Positions 1-10,828 of a stretch of DNA of 64,000 nucleotides are shown here, one piece after another. A program made the position numbers and the translations under genes. The notes under the pieces are model-generated. The model saw only the letters and a program-made list of their open reading frames with translations. It was not told the origin of the DNA and searched no databases. Position 1 is the stretch's first letter; every line of letters begins with the position of its first letter. The DNA lies in assembly GCA_019828565.1 (NCBI GenBank), contig JAHDYR010000038.1:1190552-1254551 (forward strand), in the 5' to 3' direction. This DNA is from Carpediemonas membranifera BICM. Its lineage: Eukaryota; Protista; Fornicata.

Positions 1-1677
1 GAAGCTCAGCGTCAGCTTGCGGCACTGGGCGATGTCCTTCAGCCCGGCCTCGGCGGCGATCATGCCGGACCAGTAGCTCGCCACATGCCCCGCCCGCACG
101 CTGTTCGAGATGTCCGCGGCCTTGAGGATGAGCACGAGCAGCAGCAGCCTGTCCTCGGGGTAGTCGAGGCTCCATGCGGGCCACACGGTGTCGCTGTCGG
201 CGTCCGAGAGGGCCAGGTCCGTCGGGCCGTCGAACTCCACGTCCGAGCCCTCGTCCGTGCGGGAGTCCAGTGATATGACACTCATGCGGCGCTCGGCCGA
301 GGACGCGTCGTCGTCGAGGGACCCCACCGATAGGGGGCCGTGGACGGCGTCCTCGTTCGACGCCCCGCTGCCGGACGTCTGCTCAGACCCCCGCCGGATA
401 GACGACGGCCGGGGCGTCGTGGCGGACTTGACGCGGTACCTGTGGGTTCGGAACGCCGGGATGAGGGCGATGGCCTCCGAGGGGGCGACCCGACCCGCTA
501 CCCGGTCCCGGGCGGTCTGCAGGATGGTGCCGTGGTACGCCATGTCCGTGCACAGGATGAGGGATACGATGCGGCGGAGGATGTCGCACTTTAACTCGTG
601 CGGGAGATGGTGGAAGAGCGCGTAGGCGTTGTTGTTCTGGATGCGCATGAAGTACGAGCAGTGGAAGGACTCCAGCACACTGGACGAGTAGATCATCGCT
701 AGGATGTTGCCGCTCGCCGTCAGCTGGACGTTGGTCTGCCCGACGTGCCCGACGTCGTGGCTGAGAGCCGCCACGAACAGCACGAGCATGTCAGTACGGG
801 TGAACATGCCCGGGGGGACGGCTGGGTCGGTCACGAAGGCGTAGCACGCCTGCATGACATCGACGGCGTGGCGGAAGTTGTGGTAGTGGTTCCGGCGGTA
901 GCCCTGGGTCTCCAGCAGCCGGACCATGCGGTAGAAGGCTCGGCGGGGCACGAAGATGTCCTGGGAGTGGTCGAACAGCCCTGTCTCGACCATGATACAG
1001 ACCGGGATGGCCGCGAGGTCCCTGCTGGCCACCGAGGTGATGTCAAAGTCCCACCGAGACAGCTGGGAGTGGGCACCACTGCCAAACAGCAGCTGGCCGC
1101 GCGTCACAGTGTCGTTGAATGCTGCGAGTGGCTCCTCGATCTCCGGGGGCCGCAGCAGTTCGATCATCTCGAGCCTGTCCATGAGCTTTGCAACCAGCGA
1201 GGACTTCTGGGACTGCACTGGCTGGTAGTGCTCGCTGAGATAGTGCCGGGCCTCCCAGATGGTCGACTTGATGGCGGAGGAGACGATCTGGCGCTTGAGG
1301 AGGAAGGCGTGCGAGTGGATGTGGACCCTGTCCGCGGACATCGCCACGACGAACGTGTTCGGGACATCCTCGCGCATGAGGCGAAGGAAGCGGCGGGCGT
1401 CGAAAATGGGCATTTGGACGTCGAGGAAGATGCACACGCGGAGATGGCCGCCGATAGCCTTCACAATCTCGGCAGCAACAAGCCCATCGTCCACATCGAG
1501 TATTGCATCGGTTTCCTGCTTGAACTTGTTGACAAGGAAGCGCATTCTTCTGCGAACGACAGGGTCATCGTCCACGATGAGGAAAAGCACGCTCGTCGTG
1601 GGATCGAAGGACGGGTGAAACGTTTGAAATGGCAATGACGTGTCTTGCGTCTTTGTAGACGTGTCGGAAGTCGACAT
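1..1677 (-). CDS. Response-regulator receiver (REC) + class I cyclic-nucleotide phosphodiesterase fusion (RegA-like); 3' end runs off the window
   Basis: Manual minus-strand translation from ATG at 1677. REC motifs FLIVDDD, IFLDVQMP, VAMSA, FLLK; PDE motifs YHNFRHAVDV, LSHDVGH, LKAADISN. Missing from the ORF track because its stop lies outside the window. Confidence 0.9.
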   Translation of the reverse strand, partial: MSTSDTSTKTQDTSLPFQTFHPSFDPTTSVLFLIVDDDPVVRRRMRFLVNKFKQETDAILDVDDGLVAAEIVKAIGGHLRVCIFLDVQMPIFDARRFLRLMREDVPNTFVVAMSADRVHIHSHAFLLKRQIVSSAIKSTIWEARHYLSEHYQPVQSQKSSLVAKLMDRLEMIELLRPPEIEEPLAAFNDTVTRGQLLFGSGAHSQLSRWDFDITSVASRDLAAIPVCIMVETGLFDHSQDIFVPRRAFYRMVRLLETQGYRRNHYHNFRHAVDVMQACYAFVTDPAVPPGMFTRTDMLVLFVAALSHDVGHVGQTNVQLTASGNILAMIYSSSVLESFHCSYFMRIQNNNAYALFHHLPHELKCDILRRIVSLILCTDMAYHGTILQTARDRVAGRVAPSEAIALIPAFRTHRYRVKSATTPRPSSIRRGSEQTSGSGASNEDAVHGPLSVGSLDDDASSAERRMSVISLDSRTDEGSDVEFDGPTDLALSDADSDTVWPAWSLDYPEDRLLLLVLILKAADISNSVRAGHVASYWSGMIAAEAGLKDIAQCRKLTLSF

Positions 1678-1996
1678 TGCTCATACCATTGCCGAGTTCG
1701 CACGAAAGATCGCAAGAACGAAAGTGCCTTAACGTGCGGAAAACTCCTTGTTCAATTAACAGAGCCCGCGGCGGTGACTGCTGTTCCTCTGGAACTGCGG
1801 CACTACCGGACAATGATCTTGAGGTTGGGTGGCGTGCGACCTTGTCATGCCGCCACAAAACCAGGAACGGGGCGAGAGAAGCGAAGTCGGGCCTTGCTAA
1901 CTACCACTGGTATCGCTTTTTAAGCGAGTATGAAGGCGGAGTCATGCTGAGAAAACTCGGGCACAGTTGGCGATAGCACGAGCCGAAACCACGCAT

Positions 1997-2269
1997 ATGC
2001 TCGATAACCTCAAGAAATACGTTGATTTTAGCATAGATTACAAGGGACAGCGGCTTTCCTACTGGATTAGCCGCCTGATTATGGTCGTGGCCCTTGTTGT
2101 CGGCCTCGCAGTCGGATACCACCGCCAGGACTTCATGATGACCGTGTACATCATCCTAGGCTTCGGGGCCGTGGACTTTGTCGTTTGTTCCCGCAACATG
2201 CACCTCACGCAGCTCACTGTGCTCCCATGGCCGATGTTCCGCCGAATGAACCTAGAATGGAGGGGATGA
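1997..2269 (+). CDS. SPCS1: Signal peptidase complex subunit 1 (SPC12), probable 30-nt intron at 2183-2212
   Basis: IDYKGQRLS, two TM segments, then VLPWPMFRR is the SPC12 pattern. Removing GTTTGT...CTCACGCAG restores DFVLTVLPWP. Confidence 0.85.
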   Translation: MLDNLKKYVDFSIDYKGQRLSYWISRLIMVVALVVGLAVGYHRQDFMMTVYIILGFGAVDFVVCSRNMHLTQLTVLPWPMFRRMNLEWRG

Positions 2270-2335
2270 GCCCGCAGACGTGTAGTAAACCCATCAGCTC
2301 TCCGTTTATCGGTGTAAAATGACTGTCAATCACTC

Positions 2336-3262
2336 TCAATACTCCCCGCGGGGCGTCGTTCGAAACACGGACGTGTCATAGCTTGCCACAAAGCGCGGCG
2401 AGGGGGCCCCGAACCCGTCGTAGTTGTTCCCAGCGTTAGCCAGGGAGAAGTCCAGGTTGGGCACCGAGGCGCCCATCATCGAAGGCACGGCCAGGCCGCC
2501 CAAGCCAGGAGCAGGACCAACTACGCGAGGGGACAGATTGACAGGCTTCTTGCCCGACACGCTCTGAGCCCACCTCGCGACGGGGAATCTGCCGTCAAAG
2601 TCGATGGTCCGGGACTGGATGAGCTTGAGTATCTCCGCCGCACTACTGTGGTCCTTGAACTCGAGGAAGATGTAGCCGCGGTTGAGCTCTGGGTTGTCCG
2701 GCTGGGTCAGGAAGTCGAGGCGGGTCAGGCTGAACGGGGCCAGGCGGACAAACGCTGATCCAACCCGGTCGCGGCTCCATCGGTGGGGGAGGTTGCCAAC
2801 GTAGAGCTTGTTCTTCATGACAGACAGCGTGCAGAAGAGGGGCGTGCCGTTGAAGGGCGTGTGGCGCACTCGGAGAAGGGCGTTCTGTGCATCCATCTTC
2901 GAGACGAACGAGACGAATGCGAAATTGGCTGGCGATCCAGGTGTCGGGTCTCTATGCCGCATCATGCGGAAGCCGCTGAAACCATCAAACTGACGGAAGA
3001 ACTGGCTCATTTCATCTTCCGAACAACCCTCGGGGACGACGTTGACGTAAAGCTCCTTGCCAGCATCAGAAGAGACGAGATACTGCTCCCAGTTTGCTTC
3101 TGTTACCTGTTCTATCTGGTCAATCCCAACTTGTGGCTGCATTACACTGGGATGATCAAGGCGAGGAGAAACGTGTGTTCCCCACCTCAAATTCGGGTCA
3201 ATTTCGTCTACTGTGTTTGGCAACAGACTGAGATCCATTTTGAACGAGCCAAAGCCATCCAT
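2336..3262 (-). CDS. Two-RRM RNA-binding protein
   Basis: RNP2/RNP1 pairs LYVNVV/NFAFVSF and LYVGNL/RGYIFLEF; first ATG at 3262. Confidence 0.85.
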   Translation of the reverse strand: MDGFGSFKMDLSLLPNTVDEIDPNLRWGTHVSPRLDHPSVMQPQVGIDQIEQVTEANWEQYLVSSDAGKELYVNVVPEGCSEDEMSQFFRQFDGFSGFRMMRHRDPTPGSPANFAFVSFVSKMDAQNALLRVRHTPFNGTPLFCTLSVMKNKLYVGNLPHRWSRDRVGSAFVRLAPFSLTRLDFLTQPDNPELNRGYIFLEFKDHSSAAEILKLIQSRTIDFDGRFPVARWAQSVSGKKPVNLSPRVVGPAPGLGGLAVPSMMGASVPNLDFSLANAGNNYDGFGAPSPRFVASYDTSVFRTTPRGEY

Positions 3263-3572
3263 CGGTGATCTTTTCTGTGTGCGAAACTCTGACTGTGTAC
3301 CAGCGATGAAATCGAAGTGCCGCGAAATCGTCCAGCAAATGTTCAGACATAAGCTCCACACCAGCCCTTGTTATCACTGCCCTATGCCGACAGAGGTTGG
3401 CTAGGGTCTATAAAAAGCTTATCTCCGTTGTGATTTAAACTGCAGATTGCGCACTTTCACAGAATGCTGCGGCCGACACTCTCAATGGCACGCACTATTC
3501 AGTCACGGCGAGGGGCATACTTGCAAACATCCGGGTAAAAAAGTGAAACATCGAGATCGCGACCAGTGAAGA

Positions 3573-5126
3573 TCACCCCTCTTCACGGTGCGCCATGAAG
3601 CTGGTCTCCCCGACATGCGTCCTACTGGGGTCAAGATGCCACAGCCGACTGACCGCGACGCCCTCGGCCCCACACGATGACCACGACAGCGTCACCTCAG
3701 CAGGCCCGCGGCGTTGGTCTTCTTTGACGTCCGCGGGACACCACTCGATCGGCCATGCCCCTTGGGGGCTGGGCTCCCTCAACGCGTGCCACTGGCCTGA
3801 GGAGTCCCGGGCGAGCAGCAGCCGCCTGGTCCGGTACGAGCACACGGTCATGCGGTCGACAGGCCAAGGGAAGGGGAGCTCCCTCAGCCCCCCCGACCCG
3901 GGGCCCAGCAGAGGGGTGCCGCACACCACGGGCCGGCCCTCAGAGAGGTAGACCACAGTATCGCCCAGAGGCAGCGCGTCCGACACCGGGAACGGCACCC
4001 GATGGAACCCGCCTGGCTGGGGGTGCCCCGGCCTCCCGTCCTGCTGATCGCCCAGAACCCCCGCATAGAGCGCCACTGCTCCAGGAAGCAGGAGCAACGT
4101 CTGCTCTGCGCTGAGCACGATGTCCACGGCAAGCAGCTGGGCTGGGCGGGGGACTGAGGGGACAAGTTCGAAGCCCTCTGCGATAACCACACTGCTGTCC
4201 AGGCCCAGTTGGCCGCAGTAGTTCTCCCCCGTTGCTAAGAGGCCAAGTGGCGACAGCAAGAAGACCTGGAAGCACTCCGAGGCCCATAGTCCCAGCACCA
4301 AGCGGTCCTTCGTCCAGGGCGGAAGGCCGGTCTCGTAGCGGCCGACGGCAGGGGCGTTAAGGAATGTCACACGGAACGGTGCAGCCCACCGGACACGGTC
4401 GTCCCGGGCCAGTCGGCCGCAGTCAGTCGGCCCCCACGCGTACAGGCCCCGGGCGGACGGGACAAAGCAGGAGGGCTCGTCGTTGCCGCAGTGGACGGTG
4501 AGGGTGCGGGTGGGCGGGACACGGACATGGCGATAGCCACTGACCACAGGGCACGCGGAGTGGCCCGTCTGCCCGACCCGGTTAGCCCCGCGTGTCATGA
4601 CTCTCCCGCAGTATAGGGCGAAGTCGGTGCCGCAGTGGCTGCAACAGTCCTCCTCTCGACCTGCGACAGTTGACACGTGGGAAAACTTGCGGCACAGCCA
4701 CCACACCGGGTGGGCGAGGGGGCTGGGGCCCGCGCCAGTCATGAGGATGGCCCACAGCGTCCCCGGCAGCAGCGTGTGCAGCGCGACTGGCAAATCCTCA
4801 CCATCTGCGAGCTCGACGTTCATGGACAGCGGGGGACCGCTGGTGAGGATCGAGCGGGCGCGGTCGAGGAGGACCTGGGCGGCTGGTTCGAGAGGGGGGA
4901 TCTCAGAGAGCGCGGCGATGAGAGATTCGAACGAAGCGCTAGACGATGCCGAGGTATGCTCAATAGTGCGTATTGAAGGCATGCTTTGCTGGAAGTGCCG
5001 CGAAAAGGCGTGGCTGAGCAGGGAGGGCACGTCCCCGGGGATTGAGGCAGTTACAGCCGTTGAAGCGCCGTAGACAGAGATAAGAGCGTCTCTTACAGCT
5101 TCTGCGCTGGATTTGCCGCGGTGCAT
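3573..5126 (-). CDS. RCC1/BLIP-II-like repeat protein of a lineage-expanded family
   Basis: LYAWGPTDCGRL and ATGENYCGQLG RCC1-type motifs; N-terminal region clearly homologous to 25823-27354. Confidence 0.75.
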   Translation of the reverse strand: MHRGKSSAEAVRDALISVYGASTAVTASIPGDVPSLLSHAFSRHFQQSMPSIRTIEHTSASSSASFESLIAALSEIPPLEPAAQVLLDRARSILTSGPPLSMNVELADGEDLPVALHTLLPGTLWAILMTGAGPSPLAHPVWWLCRKFSHVSTVAGREEDCCSHCGTDFALYCGRVMTRGANRVGQTGHSACPVVSGYRHVRVPPTRTLTVHCGNDEPSCFVPSARGLYAWGPTDCGRLARDDRVRWAAPFRVTFLNAPAVGRYETGLPPWTKDRLVLGLWASECFQVFLLSPLGLLATGENYCGQLGLDSSVVIAEGFELVPSVPRPAQLLAVDIVLSAEQTLLLLPGAVALYAGVLGDQQDGRPGHPQPGGFHRVPFPVSDALPLGDTVVYLSEGRPVVCGTPLLGPGSGGLRELPFPWPVDRMTVCSYRTRRLLLARDSSGQWHALREPSPQGAWPIEWCPADVKEDQRRGPAEVTLSWSSCGAEGVAVSRLWHLDPSRTHVGETSFMAHREEG

Positions 5127-5387
5127 CGCCACCAACGTCCCTTTGGCAAGCCTCGTTGAAGTTGTTAGGGGCGGGAAGACAACTCATCTGGCATCCCCAT
5201 TGCTACGCTTGGGTTGGTGCCCGTGGGACGAATGTTCACATGTCCTCACACTGGCGTGACTGACAGGGGTTGACGAAATTGCACAGAATCGGCCCGATGA
5301 GTCCCTGCCACACCAGAGGGCGTCTAGCAGCGATGTCACACCGGCAATGTCCGCAGACCCTGTCGACTCGGGTCAGTCGGCCCAGCA

Positions 5388-7619
5388 ATGGAAATGAGCT
5401 CCCCTCCGACGGCCATTATCAACGATGACGGGACCATGGACATTGTTGATAAGGTTACTGGAACAATGCAGCGCGTAGAAGCGGCCGAGCACACGGCATC
5501 TGTCACATCCGCCGTGTTCTCACCGACGGAGCTCGTTTTCGCCACCAGTTCATTCGACAAGACCCTTAAGCTATGGGATTTGCTCAGCAGCGACTGTATT
5601 AAGACATTTGTCGGACATCTGAAGGCCGTCCTGTCATGCTCGTTCTCCCCTGACGGCCGTCTTCTGGCCAGTGGCTCGATCGACAATACCGCCCGCCTCT
5701 GGGAGATCAGCACCGGTCGCTGCATCCGGGTGATGGAGGGGCACTCCAGCAGCGTCTGGGGCGTCGCCTTCTCGCCCGACGGTTCGATTATTGCGTCTTG
5801 CTCGGGCGACAGGACGGTGCGGCTGTGGCGGGCGTCCACGGGGGAGTCCCTCCGGACCCTTGAGGGCCACGCCAAGCAGGTACTGAGCCTAGCCTTCTCC
5901 CCGAACAACGTGCTGGCGTCCGGGTCGGAGGACTTCACGGTGCGGCTGTGGGACACCATCACGGGGGGCTGTCTGGCCGTCATTCCGGACCAGCTGGTGT
6001 TCAGCGTCGCCTTCTCCCCCGACGGCGGGATGCTTGCCTCCGGCTCCTTCGACAGCGAGGGCCAGGCGGTGAAGCTCTGGACGGTGGGCGACCTGCACGC
6101 CGTTGCACAGACCAGGACCATTCAGTCCAAGCGGGTCATGCACTGCGTCGCATTCAGTCCAGACGGCTGCACCCTTGCGACGGGATCGGACGACTGCACC
6201 GTCAGGCTGTGGGACGCGGCGACTGGCGTCTGCACCCACACGCTGCGGGGGCATGCGGACGGCGTCCTGGCCGTGGCGTTCTCACCCGACGGCAACTACC
6301 TCGTCTCCTGCTCGGCAGACTTCACCGTCCGGCGGTGGGATTTGACTTCCGTTGACCTGGCTGACATGTTCATGCCGGCACCTCCCCCGCTCCCCGTGCT
6401 GGCGGCGCTAGTCTCCCCGGATGGTCGGACGCTCGCCACCGCAGACCGGAGGACGATCCGGCTGTACTCCACGGCGACTGGCCGTACCGTCCGGGCTGTC
6501 ATGGGGGGCGGGTTGGACGGCTCGGCACTCGACTCGGCCCTAAAACTGCACACAGTACTGCCCGACGTGGGCCAGGGGGAGTTCCAGGCGGTGCTGCGGC
6601 AGGGTCATGAGGGTACGTTCCTGCAGCTGGTGTGCGGGCTTGCAGACCTCCACGCCTCTCTCCGCCTGTGCGACCTGGCCGCGGCCGAGGCGACCCTGGC
6701 GACCGTGTCAGGGCTGATGAGCACCGTGGCCGGCCGGTGCGAGGGTGCCGTGTCCGCCGTCTACCGGGGGCTGCGGGCAGACTACACTCGGCTGAGCGGC
6801 ATCGCACGGTCCAGCCCCGAGGTCCTGGCCCTGGTCGGGGCCGGTGTCGACCACACGCTAGAGCAGATAGGCCTGCTGCACGCGTTCATCAGCACCGGTG
6901 CAACCAGGGAGCTGACAACGCTACTGCGCGGCGAGCTTGGCCCCGCGCTCATGGTCGCGCATGACCAGGACGCCCGGCCCCCCCTGCTCATTGCCTTCGA
7001 GCAGGACCAGGCCGGGGCCTTCGAGGTGCTGCTGCGGGCTGGCTGCAAGCTCGCTGACGCATTCCAGACCGATTCGCTGCTACCGTTGGTGGCGAAACCC
7101 GCCATGCTGCGAGCGGCGCTGGGGTCCGTGCAGGTCGACGTCAACGCAGTCTCTGGCACCACAGCTCTCGCGGCCGCGGCCCGGGGCGGCCATTGGGTCT
7201 CCGCGACCCTCCTCCTCGACGCGGGGGCCGACCCCCTCCTCCCAACCGTGGACGATAACGCCGTCCTGGCGGTGCGGTCCCATAAGCAGGGGTCTAACGA
7301 AGCCCACGCTGTAGCCAGCGCCCGCCTTGACTCGGACTTGTTCGCTCGACTGACAGATGCCGTGTCGAGAGGCGACGCGGCCTTGGCAAGCATACTGCTG
7401 GCCGCTGGCGCCCCAACAGCGCTCACTGACAGCGGTATGCCGCCTGTGCTCTTCAAGGCGATAGAGAAGGACCGCTTTGACCTTGTCAGCCTGCTATTGG
7501 CCCACGGCGCCGACCCCGCCCTGAAGCACGGCCGGAAAACGGCAGTGCGTGCCGCACGGCGTAACCCGCACCTGGTCCAAGCCTTGCAGGGGTCGGGCTG
7601 TGCCGGGGGAGCCGAGTGA
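5388..7619 (+). CDS. WD40-repeat + ankyrin-repeat protein
   Basis: About 7 GH..V..VAFSPDG..LASGS.D.TVRLWD repeats; C-terminal ankyrin repeats (LLLDAGADP, LLLAHGADP). Confidence 0.9.
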   Translation: MEMSSPPTAIINDDGTMDIVDKVTGTMQRVEAAEHTASVTSAVFSPTELVFATSSFDKTLKLWDLLSSDCIKTFVGHLKAVLSCSFSPDGRLLASGSIDNTARLWEISTGRCIRVMEGHSSSVWGVAFSPDGSIIASCSGDRTVRLWRASTGESLRTLEGHAKQVLSLAFSPNNVLASGSEDFTVRLWDTITGGCLAVIPDQLVFSVAFSPDGGMLASGSFDSEGQAVKLWTVGDLHAVAQTRTIQSKRVMHCVAFSPDGCTLATGSDDCTVRLWDAATGVCTHTLRGHADGVLAVAFSPDGNYLVSCSADFTVRRWDLTSVDLADMFMPAPPPLPVLAALVSPDGRTLATADRRTIRLYSTATGRTVRAVMGGGLDGSALDSALKLHTVLPDVGQGEFQAVLRQGHEGTFLQLVCGLADLHASLRLCDLAAAEATLATVSGLMSTVAGRCEGAVSAVYRGLRADYTRLSGIARSSPEVLALVGAGVDHTLEQIGLLHAFISTGATRELTTLLRGELGPALMVAHDQDARPPLLIAFEQDQAGAFEVLLRAGCKLADAFQTDSLLPLVAKPAMLRAALGSVQVDVNAVSGTTALAAAARGGHWVSATLLLDAGADPLLPTVDDNAVLAVRSHKQGSNEAHAVASARLDSDLFARLTDAVSRGDAALASILLAAGAPTALTDSGMPPVLFKAIEKDRFDLVSLLLAHGADPALKHGRKTAVRAARRNPHLVQALQGSGCAGGAE

Positions 7620-7793
7620 CATGGACCCCATCTCCATAAACTGAGCACACGCCGAACACAGTCTTGTGATGGATGGCGGGCACAGCATGGCTCGTTCATC
7701 ACCGTGTTTCATGCTTCGTGCCCTGATGGCATCAGATTTACGCTTTATTGAGATGAGAGATTTAACGGGCAGAGCAACGACAGAAGACAAGCA

Positions 7794-9983
7794 ATGCCAA
7801 GTGAAAACAAGCTTGAAGAAGTGCATGAGGTCATTTTCGATCAGAGAATCCCCGATGCGCATCCACCTGCAGAATGGAATAACGTGATGAGCATCCTAGA
7901 GATCTCTGCCAGGAATGAACCTGAAGCGGCCTGCTTTGGAACCAGATCATTCACAGAGGATGGCCGCGGTGAATATGAGTGGGTTTCCTACAAGGATTCG
8001 CTAGCGATGGTGGAGCAATTCGCCTCTGGTCTTCATTCCCTTGGCCTTCGGAAGGGCGATAAGGTCGGCATCATGTCCAAGAACCGCATCGAGTGGTCTG
8101 TCGCCGACTTCGCGTGTGCCCGCATGGGCCTCATCCTGGTACCCCTCTACGACAGCCAGGGCATCGAGGACGTGCGCTACATCGTCCCCAACTCGGACAT
8201 CACGGCCATCCTCGTGGCCGCCGAGCACCTGCCCCTCCTCAGACAGCTGTGGGACGAGCCCTGCTGCGAGGCTGTCAAGACCATGGTCCTCTTCGACTAC
8301 CGCCTTGACGACGCGGCCCTCCTCCGTGCCGTCCGCCCCGACCTCGCCGAACACACTCTAGCGGTCCCCGAGTACGTCAAGATGTCACTGGACTCCGTCC
8401 CAGCTGACGAGCGGGAGGGTATGTGCGGCATTGTAACCCACGGGTTCACTCAGCTGCTGGCGGTGGGGAAGACGACCCCCGTTCCCGCTCCAAAGGTCAC
8501 TCCCGACGACTGCATCTCGTTCGTGTACACATCTGGCACCACCGGCAGTCCTAAGGGCGTGATGTTGACCCACGCGAACGTGATGTGGGCCGTGACGTCC
8601 TTCTTCACGATCTGGTTCTTGCCCGACGACATGAGGGCACGCCGGGAGTTTGACACAATCATATCGTATCTTCCGTACGCCCACATCTTCATGCGGGTCA
8701 TCTCCTTCCTCGCTCACCACAACATCGCGGGTGTGGCCTTCTATCAGGGCGACACTGCCAAGATCATGGACGACGTCGCCATGCTCAAGCCCACCATCTT
8801 CCCCGCCGTCCCCCGCATCCTGACGCGCCTATTCGACGCCGTAAGTGCTCAGGTTGCCGCCAAGCCCGCTTTCCAACGCTTCGTCTTCTCGACGGCGTAC
8901 AGCTCCAAGCGAAGGGCGCTGTTCGGGTCCGACACCCGTCAGGAGCCCAACTTCCTCGTCAAACGCGTGTTCAAGAAGACGGAGCAAGTCATCGGCGGCC
9001 GGGTGCGTCTCATATTCACCGGATCCGCCCCGCTGCCGGTGCAGGTTAACGAGTTCATACAAGTCGTCTTCGGGTCGCCTCTCATCGAGGGATACGGCCT
9101 CACCGAGTCCGCTGCAACAGCGTCCGCCCAGCTGATCAACGTTCAGGACATGGGCAACGTCGGTGTGCCTGAGGGCAACCTGCAGATCAAGCTGATCGAC
9201 GTGCCCGACCTCGATTACCTCGTCAGCGACAGCCCCAACCCCCGCGGCGAGGTGCTGCTCAAGGGCGGGAACATCTTCAAGGGCTACTACAAGGCGAACG
9301 ACAAGACAGTCGAGGTGATTGACGATGACGGCTGGTTCCACACAGGGGACATCGGCGAGATGCTGCCCGGCAACAGGCTCAAGCTCATCGACCGTAAGCG
9401 GAACATCTTCAAGATGGCCCAGGGCGAGTTCGTGTGTGGGTTTGCCATCGAGGAGGTCTGTGCGTCCAAGTGCCCCGCGGTTGCATCGATCTTCATCCAC
9501 GGAAACCGGTACGAGAGCTTCCTGGTTGCCGTGGTCGTCCCCAACAAGACCATGGTCGACCAATGGTGGGCCGAGCTCGGCAAGGACAAGTCCGTGGCAA
9601 ACGAGGCAAGAATGAGGGACCTCGACATCGTCGTGAAGGTCCACGAGGAGCTCCTCGCAGCCTGTAAGAACGCTGGGATGCGCTCGTTCGAGCATCCCAG
9701 GGCTGTGTTGCTCGACTCAGAGGAGTGGGCTGTCGACAACGGTCTGATGACGCCCTCGATGAAGCCCAAGCGGGCTGCACTCAAGGCCAAGTACAAGCAG
9801 TCGATCCTCCAGACCTATCTCTGTGTCAAGAACAACGTGGCCAGCCCCAGTCGCATGTCGATTAAGGAGGCTGCCGAGCTATCTCTCGACGCTGTTCGCA
9901 TGGTCCACGCTGGTGATGTCGGAGACCTCGACGAGGAGGCGCTGACACAGCTGTCGTTTGGTAGCCATGTGATGAAGTACTAA
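7794..9983 (+). CDS. Long-chain fatty acyl-CoA synthetase (AMP-binding)
   Basis: YTSGTTGSPKG, EGYGLTE and GWFHTGDIG...IIDRKRN motifs; intact 729 aa. Confidence 0.95.
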   Translation: MPSENKLEEVHEVIFDQRIPDAHPPAEWNNVMSILEISARNEPEAACFGTRSFTEDGRGEYEWVSYKDSLAMVEQFASGLHSLGLRKGDKVGIMSKNRIEWSVADFACARMGLILVPLYDSQGIEDVRYIVPNSDITAILVAAEHLPLLRQLWDEPCCEAVKTMVLFDYRLDDAALLRAVRPDLAEHTLAVPEYVKMSLDSVPADEREGMCGIVTHGFTQLLAVGKTTPVPAPKVTPDDCISFVYTSGTTGSPKGVMLTHANVMWAVTSFFTIWFLPDDMRARREFDTIISYLPYAHIFMRVISFLAHHNIAGVAFYQGDTAKIMDDVAMLKPTIFPAVPRILTRLFDAVSAQVAAKPAFQRFVFSTAYSSKRRALFGSDTRQEPNFLVKRVFKKTEQVIGGRVRLIFTGSAPLPVQVNEFIQVVFGSPLIEGYGLTESAATASAQLINVQDMGNVGVPEGNLQIKLIDVPDLDYLVSDSPNPRGEVLLKGGNIFKGYYKANDKTVEVIDDDGWFHTGDIGEMLPGNRLKLIDRKRNIFKMAQGEFVCGFAIEEVCASKCPAVASIFIHGNRYESFLVAVVVPNKTMVDQWWAELGKDKSVANEARMRDLDIVVKVHEELLAACKNAGMRSFEHPRAVLLDSEEWAVDNGLMTPSMKPKRAALKAKYKQSILQTYLCVKNNVASPSRMSIKEAAELSLDAVRMVHAGDVGDLDEEALTQLSFGSHVMKY

Positions 9984-10828
9984 ATGATAATTTGGATGTG
10001 AGGATTGGAGACAAGCTTCGTGTGTGGCAATTCTCCGATGACAACAGCTCGAGGTGACCGGGACGAATGAGAACTTGGGCTCCAGGAAAATGAGCCTACC
10101 CGATGCATAGACCGGATAAATTCTCCATTTGTTCTTGGTCAGCCAGGGCTGTATAAATTGCACTCAATGTCATTCAAATGACTGACGCCAGTGCGGTATC
10201 CAAGCTGTTTCACTCGCCCTCGTGCCTATCATCATCGTCAAACGCGAGTGTCGGGCAGTGTAAGACGTCACCGTTTGAAAAGAATAGAAATGTATTGTTG
10301 CGGACTCCACAGATTGGGTGTAAGCATCGCTCAGATCGAGCATTGTAGAAGGTGGGTATTTCGAGATTCTTTGGACTGCTAGACCACAGTTGTTCGTTTT
10401 TGATGTAGTGCTGATGTTCTGTAAGCCTATAGGAAACTATACGACGAAGAGGAGTACTCTGCGAGTGAGAGGGCGCGTAGATGCGCCGACACAACTCCGG
10501 CGCGGGAACCGCGGACCCAAAATTCGGTCGCTCGATTTTGGCGCGGAGTCGCCAAGTCAAGAACAGAAGCTCGAAAACACGAGTTTACTTCGTGCGTACC
10601 AGCACGGCCCGGTCTGGACCCGAACCGGGCGAACATTCGATCAGTTTGAGCCTCAAACGACCAGTAAATGTTCTACCCCCCATTGGTTTTACCTGCAGCT
10701 AGCTACAGGGACTCGTAACACCCTGGCGTGTTGGGTTTTTTATTTGAGGAGATCGGTCCCTGGGAGTCCAGGGCAGAATCAGGACCGAATCGAATCAGCT
10801 CAGTTTCAAGAAGCTTCATCGAAGCCTC

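Noticed and set aside
745-1638. 297-aa plus-strand ORF, and many similar GC-rich ORFs overlapping real genes
   Set aside because: Codon-aligned antisense shadow of the REC-PDE gene with no motifs of its own.
10150-10828. Short ORFs between the acyl-CoA synthetase and the first LTR
   Set aside because: No recognisable domain or repeat partner in the window.
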